Notes under the pieces: model-generated
What the model saw: only the letters and a program-made list of their open reading frames with translations
The model's database searches: none
Told to the model about the DNA's origin: nothing
Made by a program: the position numbers and the translations under genes
Shown: positions 1 through 8,438 of the stretch, one piece after another
How positions within the stretch are numbered: position 1 is the first letter of the stretch
Layout of the letters: each line of letters opens with the position of its first letter
NCBI RefSeq assembly: GCF_000300815.1
Contig: NZ_AMRX01000006.1
Coordinates: 1,050,323 to 1,074,322, forward strand
Direction: 5' to 3'
Length of the DNA: 24,000 bases
Source of the DNA: Gayadomonas joobiniege G7
Lineage (GTDB): Bacteria > Pseudomonadota > Gammaproteobacteria > Enterobacterales > Alteromonadaceae

Positions 1-754
1 TTGATTGGGAGGGAGTCTGCAAATCTTTATATTCAGCATAAACGGGTGGGTTGTAATAGCCGGTGCTTATCGCCCAAATACGCGCAGCTTTATCTTGGAT
101 TAAACGATACCTCGACCAGCCCGTATTATTTGGGTCTAGCACACCCGCCCATTTAGATTTAAGTTGAAGCTGGTTATTGGCAAACTGAAATTGGCTGATG
201 TCGCCTGTCTTGCTGTCTGCCAACCAAAAAAAACCTTGCTCATCTAATAAAAAATCACGCAGATCTGTTCCGAGTACGCGACTTTTATGGACTTGATTTT
301 GCTCAATCCAACCTAGCTGATTACGTGTAATAAACCAAATGCGATTGGATGAATCTGTTATTGCTTTATCGCCAGATATAATACCAATGTTGTCAGCAAT
401 AACAGTCCACTGGCCGTTTTCAAGCAGTACTATGGTCTGTTCAAAAAACACCAATACCTTAGCTGGCGCAAGCCGTTTAAAGTACTTTACGTAACCCCAA
501 TCGTTGCCTGCCGGTATTGGATAAGCATGCTTGTTCAAGCCATCATAGTACTGAACTAAATTATGGTAGCCCAGCCATATGCCTGCATCTCCATCTAGCT
601 CAATACTGCTAATTTCTGAGTTAGAAATCGAACTCAGAGTTTGCCAGTTTTCACTGCTGGTCATTAACGCGTGCAAGGTGGTGTCTTGCGCGGCACCGCT
701 AGCAACAAAAAGCCACAACCAAACGCAAACTATCCACTTTACCAAAGCTAACAT
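1..754 (-). CDS. Periplasmic ligand-binding sensor, N-terminal fragment with two-component-regulator beta-propeller (Reg_prop-type) repeats; the rest of the gene lies beyond the left edge
   Basis: Missing from the supplied ORF track because it runs off the window. Hand translation of the minus strand from ATG (plus-strand CAT at 752-754) stays open for 251 codons down to position 2: MLALVKWIVCVWLWLFVASGAAQDTTLHALMTSSENWQ... AGGA lies just upstream of the ATG and the N-terminus is a hydrophobic signal peptide. Reg_prop-like motifs recur: ELDGDAGIWLGYHNLVQYYDG, DSSNRIWFITRNQLGWIEQN, DEQGFFWLADSKTGDISQF, DKAARIWAISTGYY. The output domain is not visible. Confidence 0.6.
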   Translation of the reverse strand, partial: MLALVKWIVCVWLWLFVASGAAQDTTLHALMTSSENWQTLSSISNSEISSIELDGDAGIWLGYHNLVQYYDGLNKHAYPIPAGNDWGYVKYFKRLAPAKVLVFFEQTIVLLENGQWTVIADNIGIISGDKAITDSSNRIWFITRNQLGWIEQNQVHKSRVLGTDLRDFLLDEQGFFWLADSKTGDISQFQFANNQLQLKSKWAGVLDPNNTGWSRYRLIQDKAARIWAISTGYYNPPVYAEYKDLQTPSQS

Positions 755-774
755 ATATCCTAGGTTTTCATTTA

Positions 775-843
775 AGTTTTACGGCGTAAATATTCACTGT
801 TCGGAATAAACAATGCATATATGGGATAGTTTACGGCAAATAA
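775..843. promoter_or_regulatory. Pair of direct repeats sharing the core TTTACGGC, flanking an imperfect inverted repeat, in the 93-bp gap between the DUF4328 gene and the sensor gene
   Basis: AGTTTTACGGCGTAAATA at 775-792 and AGTTTACGGCAAATAA at 828-843, with the shared core at 778-785 and 830-837. Between them lies CACTGTT (795-801), a 7-nt spacer, then AACAATG (809-815), which pair with one G-U wobble. Function is unknown; it could be an operator or a weak terminator. Confidence 0.35.
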
Positions 844-847
844 GTCT

Positions 848-1540
848 TCAAGTTCTCGTTAATTCTGCTTCAAGCGACAACTTTTGGTAACTCTCCTGCT
901 GGGCGGCGTATACGCGCTTAACGATGAGTAAAAAAACCACTGAGAGCACAATTGAAATCACATCAGACAGTTGCGTCAACAAGTTAAGATGTATCATCTC
1001 TTGTAACTCATCAGCGTTTAAGCTCTTACGAAATACGAAACGGTCTATCGTATTAGAGATTATCCAAATAGCCCACCACACCACCAGCAGACTAGTACCC
1101 TCTTTTGACTGCCAATCGTTTGGGTGATGGCTGGCACGCCAAATTTCTTTCATTGCTTGATACGGCTTCCAAAGGTTTAAAATTGGGATGAAATAAAAAC
1201 CAATCGACCAGCCAGGGCTAAATTTGAGATCGCTCGCGCCGAGCTTACGAACATTATAGTTTGCAAAATAGATCCAACGCAGAATCAAAAAACCCGAAAC
1301 AACAAAAATCGCCAAATAAACATAAACAATGATCCCTTGCCTTAAATCATTTGCATCCCCAGCCGCTGCAGCCTCTTCATAGGAAGTATAAGTTCCGTCT
1401 TGGTAGCTGGATAACAACTGATATTCAAAAAGGTTTGAAACAAAAGAAATTGAATAAATAATAATTTGTGCATAAAGGGCGTATTTCACCAAAGTTGTTA
1501 AACGACTGGTATCTCGAAAACTGCTCTCCGTGTTAGTCAT
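848..1540 (-). CDS. Multi-pass membrane protein, DUF4328-like
   Basis: 230-aa ORF with ATG preceded by GGGAAG. About five hydrophobic helices. The motif RWIYFANYNVRKLGASDLKFSPGWSIGFYFIPILNLWKPYQAMKEIWRAS matches my recollection of the DUF4328 signature (R-W-x-Y...N-L...SPGWAxGxWFIPxxNLWxPYQxMxEIW). Confidence 0.7.
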   Translation of the reverse strand: MTNTESSFRDTSRLTTLVKYALYAQIIIYSISFVSNLFEYQLLSSYQDGTYTSYEEAAAAGDANDLRQGIIVYVYLAIFVVSGFLILRWIYFANYNVRKLGASDLKFSPGWSIGFYFIPILNLWKPYQAMKEIWRASHHPNDWQSKEGTSLLVVWWAIWIISNTIDRFVFRKSLNADELQEMIHLNLLTQLSDVISIVLSVVFLLIVKRVYAAQQESYQKLSLEAELTRT

Positions 1541-1750
1541 AGATAATCTTCCCGCAAACGCGCTGTTAATTTAAATACATTTGTTAGATTATCGTTAAAT
1601 TAATATAAATACGCAATTATATTTTGTTCTAGCGACCAAGCGCTAATGTAGGTTAGCGGCGACAATAAACACCATCACCAAGTGTCAATCTTTAACATTA
1701 GACACAATAATTAATAACAAAAATCCAAATAAAATAATTAAGGTTGTTTA

Positions 1751-4297
1751 ATGATTAAATATGGGACTTCAATTAAGGTTTTAATAATGGCCGCCTGTTT
1801 ACCGCTGGCCGCCTGCGGTGGCGGGAGTGGCACGAGTGATACATCGCCGACTCCGACTGCGAGCCCAACGCCAACTCAAACACCAACTCCGACGCCAACG
1901 CCAAGCCCAACACCGGGCAATCAAGCGCCGATTGCAAAAGCTCAGAGCGCTAATACGCAACAAAACACAGCAATTAGTATTCAGTTAGACGTTTTTGATC
2001 CTGATAATGATATCACTAGCACTCACATTATTGAGCCGCCCAAAAGTGGACAATTTAATAAAACCGACGGTGGCTGGACATATCAGCCCGATAGAGACTT
2101 TTTTGGTACTGACACCCTAAGTTATCAAGTAACAGACTCAGAAGGTGCACAATCTGACGTTGCGCAAGTTACTTTTAATGTAACGCAACAAAGCACAGGC
2201 CGCACTATTTATGTCGCCGTTGATGGCAACAATGCCAATTCAGGTAGCTTGCAACAACCCTATAAAAGTTTAAGTTATGCCGTTGATCAGGCGAACGCAG
2301 GTGATGTGATTTTAGTTCGCGGCGGAAGCTATCGTGAGCATGTAAAAATTACCAATAAACAGAACCTACAAATAAAAGCTTACGAGGACGAAATTGTAGT
2401 TATTTCGGGCACAGATATTATCACAAGCCAATGGCAGCCAGATAATGATCGCCCTGGCGTTTATAAAACAGAGTTTGCGGCTAATCAAATAGAAACTGAT
2501 TACACCCAAGTATTTGTTGATGGTAAGTTTCAGCAAATGGCGCGCTTTCCCGATAATTTAAACGGCAAAATGATGTCGCCACTGGATCCTAAATCCGGTT
2601 ATGCGCTGGTGACCAACGCCGTAAAACCAGAAGGCGCGTCTGCTCGCAGCCGTGTTACTTTTAATCAATATGGTGGGATTGGGCCACTACCCCCAGTCAC
2701 CTTTAGCGACGAAGCTGTGATCCGTGGCTTAATTGGAAAATTAAGAAATAACATTTTTTCGGCTTCGTCTGATGGTGCCAACATCCAGCGAGAAGACGAT
2801 CAAACGGTTAGTTTTTTAGGCACTAATAATGGTTATTGGAGTCAAGAGGCTGCTTATAGTTTGCCGGAAGGTTTTGCTTATATTTTTGATTTAGCCGTAT
2901 TAGATCGCCCAGGCGAGTGGTTTTATAGTCGCAACCAAAACACCCTATATTATTACCCTAAAACTCAAAATATTGAGGATTTGACCATAGAGATCAAAAC
3001 GCGAAAATTGGCGCTGTCCGTTGATAATTCCAACAATATACGGCTCGAAAACTTGCATATTAAAGCTGCCGCCATGTCAGTTGATGACTCTGATGGACTT
3101 ATTGTTGATAACTGCTCTTTTCAGTTTATGCATCCTTTTTTATATCGTCGCAATTATGGGGTGTTAAAAGAAGGTATCGTCATTGATCGCTCAGATGCAG
3201 GTATATATAAAAACAATTTAATTGCCCATACTTGGGGCAGCGGCATTATTTTAAATTCGGGCAATAATAATACCATTCACAACAATATTATTGAGGATAT
3301 CGGCTGGTTAGGACAATTCACAGTGGCCGTTTTTAACGAGGGTGAAAATACCCAAATCAGTCAAAATACGTTTGGCGCTGCCGCTCGTTTTCATATCAGA
3401 ACCACAGCACCAGTTAAATCAACCATCATAGACAATCATATGTATCAAGCCATGTCGATGGGCGAAGATGCAGGTGCCATCATGATGACAAGCACCGGCA
3501 AAACAGATTATTTAGACTTGAAAGGCACTCAAATTGCTTATAATCATATTCACGACATTTCTGGTATTCCAGCTATGGATACCAAACCCAACTATAATCG
3601 GCAAACCGTTAAAGCCTTTTATTTAGAAGATGTAGATAACTATAGCGTGCATCATAATTTGGTCTATAACATCAGTGGTGCAGGTTATCAAAGGCACACG
3701 GCTGGCACAGCGGTCGCCGCTGACGGCAGTATTATTTATTTAGGGCCAAGAACAAGGTCTATGACGCGCCCGGTTAATTATTACAATAATACCTTTTACA
3801 ACTATGATAGCTTTATGAATATCTGGCATTTAGCTGATAACTCTAATGATATTAAAGGATTAATTAGCAATGGCCAATTTACGAATAACTTAATGGTCGC
3901 GAACAAGGCACATAAACTCAACGGCACTTATGTCAAGGTGACCTTACCTCAGCACGCAACAACAGCGACCGGGTCAATTTCTAAAATCGAAAAAAACAGC
4001 TTAGCAGCTTATTTGGCAGAAATTGCCAAAGCGCCTTACTTTTATCATATTGAACAGAGCCATAATTTAGAGTTTTCAGCAAGCGAAAGCCCACAAGCTT
4101 ATCAAAATATTACTCAGCATGATTTTAGATTGCGGCCTGAACACAGCGCAAATTCAGCGGGCATCCCAATAGAGGGCATCACCGGCGGCCAGCCAGTGGA
4201 ACTCGGGGCATGGGAAGGCGATAGCCTGGCTGAAAAAGAGCGTGTATTCGATGCGGGTGCAAAACTTAATAAAAACGAATTTCCAAATTATTTTTAG
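1751..4297 (+). CDS. Outer-membrane-type lipoprotein with a Pro/Thr linker, a cadherin/Ig-like domain and a right-handed parallel beta-helix; putative polysaccharide lyase or hydrolase of unassigned family
   Basis: 848-aa ORF with AAGG 7 nt before the ATG. Lipobox LAAC (Cys22, +2 Gly). Linker TSPTPTASPTPTQTPTPTPTPSPTP. Cadherin-like segment (DVFDPDNDITSTHIIEPPKSGQFNKTDGGWTYQPDRDFFGTDTLSYQVTDSEG). Typical beta-helix entry TIYVAVDGNNANSGSLQQPYKSLSYAVDQANAGDVILVRGGSYRE. PbH1-like repeats (NNLIAHTWGSGIILNSGNNNTIHNNIIEDIG). C-terminal DFRLRPEHSANSAGIPI...ELGAWEG. Confidence 0.85.
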   Translation: MIKYGTSIKVLIMAACLPLAACGGGSGTSDTSPTPTASPTPTQTPTPTPTPSPTPGNQAPIAKAQSANTQQNTAISIQLDVFDPDNDITSTHIIEPPKSGQFNKTDGGWTYQPDRDFFGTDTLSYQVTDSEGAQSDVAQVTFNVTQQSTGRTIYVAVDGNNANSGSLQQPYKSLSYAVDQANAGDVILVRGGSYREHVKITNKQNLQIKAYEDEIVVISGTDIITSQWQPDNDRPGVYKTEFAANQIETDYTQVFVDGKFQQMARFPDNLNGKMMSPLDPKSGYALVTNAVKPEGASARSRVTFNQYGGIGPLPPVTFSDEAVIRGLIGKLRNNIFSASSDGANIQREDDQTVSFLGTNNGYWSQEAAYSLPEGFAYIFDLAVLDRPGEWFYSRNQNTLYYYPKTQNIEDLTIEIKTRKLALSVDNSNNIRLENLHIKAAAMSVDDSDGLIVDNCSFQFMHPFLYRRNYGVLKEGIVIDRSDAGIYKNNLIAHTWGSGIILNSGNNNTIHNNIIEDIGWLGQFTVAVFNEGENTQISQNTFGAAARFHIRTTAPVKSTIIDNHMYQAMSMGEDAGAIMMTSTGKTDYLDLKGTQIAYNHIHDISGIPAMDTKPNYNRQTVKAFYLEDVDNYSVHHNLVYNISGAGYQRHTAGTAVAADGSIIYLGPRTRSMTRPVNYYNNTFYNYDSFMNIWHLADNSNDIKGLISNGQFTNNLMVANKAHKLNGTYVKVTLPQHATTATGSISKIEKNSLAAYLAEIAKAPYFYHIEQSHNLEFSASESPQAYQNITQHDFRLRPEHSANSAGIPIEGITGGQPVELGAWEGDSLAEKERVFDAGAKLNKNEFPNYF
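1841..1915 (+). repeat. Imperfect tandem CCN-ACN coding repeat encoding the 25-aa Pro/Thr/Ser linker
   Basis: acatcgccgactccgactgcgagcccaacgccaactcaaacaccaactccgacgccaacgccaagcccaacaccg is in frame with the 1751 ORF (codons 31-55). Locally more GC-rich than the flanking sequence. Confidence 0.8.
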
Positions 4298-4361
4298 AAA
4301 ATAAAGTATCGGCGATGACGTTGGCACTTTGCGCTAGCGTCACCTCCGAATGTCTCTAGCT

Positions 4362-4997
4362 TTAAGTTGCAGTTAAGTGACACACCACTTCGGTCGCTGG
4401 CACGCCTTTAAAGCCACCGGCAATTGCTGGCCTATCTAACCAGTTTATTTGATAGTTGCTTTGATAATTGTTTTTAATTTCGCTATCCGAAATAGCAAAA
4501 GGTGGACCCTCTAATTGACTTTGATCGTATTGAAAATAAATTAATAACTGAGGTGCTTGCTGGCTTAGTTCAGTTAAATGAGCCGCATATTTGGCTCTAG
4601 TGGTTTCGGGCAAAGCCACGTATGCTGCCCTATCATAAATGGCATCCACCTGCCCTAACTGCTGTTTAGTGAGCTTAAAAATATCGCCAACAAAAATATC
4701 TAGGTTATTGGCATAAAAATGTTTGATGTTCCCCATATCCCTGCACTCGGGCTCTAGCTTTAATTCGTTAAATAATTCGCGCACTGCGATTTCACTTAAT
4801 TCACAGCCAACCACTTGATGACCTTTTGCCAACAACCAATGAATATCCAGGGTTTTACCACACAAAGGCACAAAAACACGGCTGTTTTTGGCCAGTGCTA
4901 AGGTGTGAAAGTGTTTTAAAAGAAGCGGGTTACTTTGTGCTAAATGAAAACCTATTTGTTTTTGCTGCCACTTGTTGTGCCAAAATTCTGCCTGCAT
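4362..4997 (-). CDS. tpm: Thiopurine S-methyltransferase (SAM-dependent; Se/Te methylation type)
   Basis: 211-aa ORF with AGGAG 6 nt before the ATG. N-terminal FWHNKWQQKQIGFHLAQSNPLLLKH and SAM-binding VFVPLCGKTLDIHWLLAKGHQVVGCELSEIAV are hallmark bacterial TPMT motifs. Confidence 0.9.
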   Translation of the reverse strand: MQAEFWHNKWQQKQIGFHLAQSNPLLLKHFHTLALAKNSRVFVPLCGKTLDIHWLLAKGHQVVGCELSEIAVRELFNELKLEPECRDMGNIKHFYANNLDIFVGDIFKLTKQQLGQVDAIYDRAAYVALPETTRAKYAAHLTELSQQAPQLLIYFQYDQSQLEGPPFAISDSEIKNNYQSNYQINWLDRPAIAGGFKGVPATEVVCHLTAT

Positions 4998-5089
4998 TAT
5001 TTGCTCCTATCTGTGCGGTTTGACGCAAGTTAACACAGGCAGTATACAAAAACTCAGCGAATCGATCTCCCTATCAAATCGCAACCCGT

Positions 5090-8000
5090 TTATTTAACAA
5101 TATTCAGTGGATAAATTTGCTCTTTGTAAATTTTTCCGTTGCTAGAGGCAAACGAAACGCCCAGCAGATAAAAGTGACCTTTTGGCAAGTCCGCCGACGG
5201 TTTCAGCTGCGACAAAGGAATTTGCATTTGGCTAACGCCAGATGTTTTGCCCACTAGGTCACTATCAATATAAGTGTAGTCTTTTACTGGTATCCATTCA
5301 GATTCAAAATGACGTAACCAATATTTAATACCACCTTGATCGGCTTTGATCACTTGGTTATCTGAACCTGCGTGAAACGCGACTTTAACCGTTAATGTAT
5401 CCGATGTTTTCAACTCGCTATTTTGATACTTATCCGCATCTATTATTTTTAAACTGGCTTTAACGGGTGCTTCTACCTTGACCGTAAACGAATCTGTGAC
5501 CTTTTTATCTGTGCCTGTCATCGCTGTGATCACTGTGCGCCCCGGCGCTATTGCTGTCAGCTGTCCATTTGCGCTCATTTGCGCCACTTTATTTTGACTG
5601 CTAAACCAAATAACTTGATTATCGTCGGCAAAATCAGGTGTCACTTGCGCAGTTAACTGAGTGCTATCGCCAACATAGAGTTTATCTAGTTTATTCTCAA
5701 TGCGAATACGCTCGGCAGACACTGCTTGCCATTTTTTAATAGTGCCGATGGATTTAGCCACTAGATTATTCGCTAAACTGCGCGCTGTAATTGTTGCCTG
5801 CTCGCCGACTTGCCCCACAGCAGACACTAAACCTGTTTCATCTACTGTTAACACGTTTGCATTGTTTGATTTCCACACTACCGCATTATTTGCATTATCA
5901 GGTGTAAATTGAGCCGTCAGTTGTCGCTCTGTACCCTCTCTGATTTCAAAGTTTTTTGGCCGTAATGCCATTTTTGCTGGATCAGCTTTGTCAGTGTCTA
6001 ACAGCTGATTAACGGCTTTTTGCGAAAATTGCATAGTTTCACCGTTGCGCCAGCGCACAACAACCGACTTAATTTGTTTCGCCTCACCCAAACCAAAATG
6101 CACTATGTTTAATAAACTTTGCGAAAATACAGCGCCAGCAGACCCTACCCGCTTGGTATAAATACCTTCATCAGTGGTAACTGTCACGCGAGCCGAGATT
6201 GGATCCACGTTTTCGTTCGGTGAATACCCAACTCTAACTAACGTATGTGCGTTTTTGTTAGCTGTTTGGTTTTGATACAAATACCACTGACCGGACTCGT
6301 CACCACTTAATAAGTCAAGTTGACCGTCTAAATTAAAATCAAAGGCTTGGCCCATATCTCCATGCCCTTTAGTGCCGTCAGCCACAGCCCCATGCGCACT
6401 GGTGATTTCAAAATAACCTTTGCCTGTATTTAGCAACATCAGCTCAGCCACTTTACTGCTGATATTTCCCCAACGATAAAGCATAAGGTCTTGGTAACTG
6501 TCATTATTAAAGTCCCCTACAGTCACCCCATTGGTTTTTCCACCGAGTGGAATATTCCACTGCTTAGAGACATCAATAAATTGCTCACCATCATTTCTCA
6601 GTAAATAGTCTGCTTGGTTTCGGTTTTGTGGCGCAAACTCAGGTTTTACATGGCTAACACCGTTAAGAGAAAAGCTGTAGTTCCAAAACAGGTGTTTGTT
6701 TCTAACTAATAGTGCTCGCCATTCACCATTACCCAGATAACCAAAATAAACACCACTTTGTGAGGTATCTTGCGGCCAGCCTTTTGCATGTTTAGCGTTG
6801 ATGATTAAATCTTCTCCCTTTTTAACATCAAAACGTTTTTTGTCCTGACCGATAAAAATCGGATAATCTTTATTACGCTGGATTGCGCGCGCGGAATGAT
6901 CATAGTCGGTTAAGGTGATCTGCTCACCGCCACTAAAATCAAAGGCTTCTTTACCCGGTTTGCCTTCACTACGTAACGACATTTTTTGATTAAGTGCGTC
7001 AAAATCTAACATGGGTGCATTGTCAGGATCTTGCCCGTATGTTGTGCCACCGGTTAAATAAAGGTCAAGATCGCCGTCATTGTCTATATCAATATCAGCA
7101 ATCGCAATCACGCCTTTTGATTCAGCAATCTGTTTTGGAAATCTGTCAGTGATCTCAGTAAAGGTAAAATCGCCATTTCCTAACCAAACCGACAAGGGGC
7201 TATATAAGATGATATCGTCAATATTATCTTGGTTTAAATCTGTTACTATTGCGCGTGACGGATGAACATTTTGAATCCCTGGCACTGATTTTAATTTAAA
7301 TTTTGCGTTACCGAGGTTTTCATAAAAATAATGCTGTGGTTTGTCCCCATACAAACTGGCTTCGTTAAATAGTAATAAATCTAAATCACCATCTAGATCC
7401 ATATCCGACCATTTTGCGCCGCGCCCTCGTCCGCCTTTTGTGATGCCGACATCTCCGGTCATTAAAACAAGTTCGCCATTATTATTTTGATAAAAATTTG
7501 CCGTCGAAGGATTTTTGCCAACACCCCCCCCTTGGGTGACTACTAAATCTAAATCACCATCATTATCGTAATCACCGGCCGCTGTACCATGCAAATCATT
7601 CATAAACCAACGGGAAAGATTTTTATGGTGTTTATTTACAGTACCATCCCCCTGATTCCAATAAAGTTTACTACTTTCTAGATTGTGGTTATTCACGACA
7701 AAATCATAATCACCATCATTATCAAAATCGGCTATAGTCGGGCCGCCGTATTTAATAGAATCAACTTTGTCTAAACCAGCGGCGACTGAAATATCTTTAA
7801 AACTTGGCAAATCAATTTCAGTGACATCCGTCATTTTAAAATCGATAACCGTTAGATCTGCGTTTTGAGCGAGGAATTTTAGATCAAGCGTCCCCTGTTT
7901 TGAAAATTTAACCAGTGCATTGATGGTATGAGTGCCCGATTCAGGTATGTTTAAACTGTCTATAATCTTTTTGCCATCGGCAAATAGTGTTAAGTTTGCA

Positions 8001-8200
8001 TAGGTCCCTGGGTTATTCACAGTGAAAGTCAGTCGCTTTTGCAAATGGCCCGTCACTGTAACAGGTACGGTTTTTAAACTGCGAACATCTAGCTGGATGG
8101 ACGCTTCGTATTGACTTGTATCTTGGCTACTACAACCGGTCAGCAACGCAATAAAAGCCGCTGCAATTGTTGTATTAGTATATTTTTTATTTAGCTTCAT
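5090..8200 (-). CDS. Lipoprotein with a seven-blade FG-GAP/VCBS beta-propeller, an ASPIC/UnbV domain (CRTAC1-family architecture), two Big_2 Ig-like domains and uncharacterised N- and C-terminal beta-sandwich-like regions
   Basis: 1036-aa ORF with AAGGA 7 nt before the ATG. Lipobox LTGC (Cys23, +2 Ser). Seven Ca-binding-type DxDxDG loops: DFDNDGDYD, DYDNDGDLD, DMDLDGDLD, DLNQDNIDD, DIDNDGDLD, DFNNDSYQD, DFNLDGQLD. UnbV/ASPIC-like VHFGLGEAKQIKSVVVRWRNGETMQF. Big_2-like FEIREGTERQLTAQFTPDNANNAVVWKSNNANVLTVDETGLVSAVG and LYVGDSTQLTAQVTPDFADDNQVIWFSSQNKVAQMSANGQLTAIAPG. Confidence 0.85.
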   Translation of the reverse strand: MKLNKKYTNTTIAAAFIALLTGCSSQDTSQYEASIQLDVRSLKTVPVTVTGHLQKRLTFTVNNPGTYANLTLFADGKKIIDSLNIPESGTHTINALVKFSKQGTLDLKFLAQNADLTVIDFKMTDVTEIDLPSFKDISVAAGLDKVDSIKYGGPTIADFDNDGDYDFVVNNHNLESSKLYWNQGDGTVNKHHKNLSRWFMNDLHGTAAGDYDNDGDLDLVVTQGGGVGKNPSTANFYQNNNGELVLMTGDVGITKGGRGRGAKWSDMDLDGDLDLLLFNEASLYGDKPQHYFYENLGNAKFKLKSVPGIQNVHPSRAIVTDLNQDNIDDIILYSPLSVWLGNGDFTFTEITDRFPKQIAESKGVIAIADIDIDNDGDLDLYLTGGTTYGQDPDNAPMLDFDALNQKMSLRSEGKPGKEAFDFSGGEQITLTDYDHSARAIQRNKDYPIFIGQDKKRFDVKKGEDLIINAKHAKGWPQDTSQSGVYFGYLGNGEWRALLVRNKHLFWNYSFSLNGVSHVKPEFAPQNRNQADYLLRNDGEQFIDVSKQWNIPLGGKTNGVTVGDFNNDSYQDLMLYRWGNISSKVAELMLLNTGKGYFEITSAHGAVADGTKGHGDMGQAFDFNLDGQLDLLSGDESGQWYLYQNQTANKNAHTLVRVGYSPNENVDPISARVTVTTDEGIYTKRVGSAGAVFSQSLLNIVHFGLGEAKQIKSVVVRWRNGETMQFSQKAVNQLLDTDKADPAKMALRPKNFEIREGTERQLTAQFTPDNANNAVVWKSNNANVLTVDETGLVSAVGQVGEQATITARSLANNLVAKSIGTIKKWQAVSAERIRIENKLDKLYVGDSTQLTAQVTPDFADDNQVIWFSSQNKVAQMSANGQLTAIAPGRTVITAMTGTDKKVTDSFTVKVEAPVKASLKIIDADKYQNSELKTSDTLTVKVAFHAGSDNQVIKADQGGIKYWLRHFESEWIPVKDYTYIDSDLVGKTSGVSQMQIPLSQLKPSADLPKGHFYLLGVSFASSNGKIYKEQIYPLNIVK

Positions 8201-8438
8201 CTAAATATCCTTGCATGATCACATCATCTTTTAGCAAAAAATATACATCAAACACACAAACATTAAAATACATTTAATATTTAATTGTTTACATTTTGAT
8301 ATCTATTATAAAATCCCACAACTTAAACGTTTAACCCCTGCAGTCACTCTGTTACCCTAAAAAGCAAACTAAATAAGCACTTAAAACGTAAAAATCAGTC
8401 GATTCAATCACCAAAAAATAACAACGGGAGATATCACC

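Noticed and set aside
226-233. Homopolymeric runs of 8 nt inside genes: A8 at 226-233 in the sensor gene and T8 at 18333-18340 in the DeoR gene. These were considered as possible slipped-strand phase-variation tracts.
   Set aside because: Both simply encode Phe-Phe or Lys-Lys in an AT-rich genome. They are at the low end of lengths that slip, and the genes are intact. There is no evidence for phase variation from a single sequence.
4311-4350. Imperfect hairpin (TGACG 4316-4320 / CGTCA 4338-4342 with mismatched extensions) between the convergent beta-helix and tpm genes.
   Set aside because: The stem is short and interrupted, the loop is 17 nt, and no adjacent T-run exists on either strand. 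It is not good enough to annotate as an intrinsic terminator.
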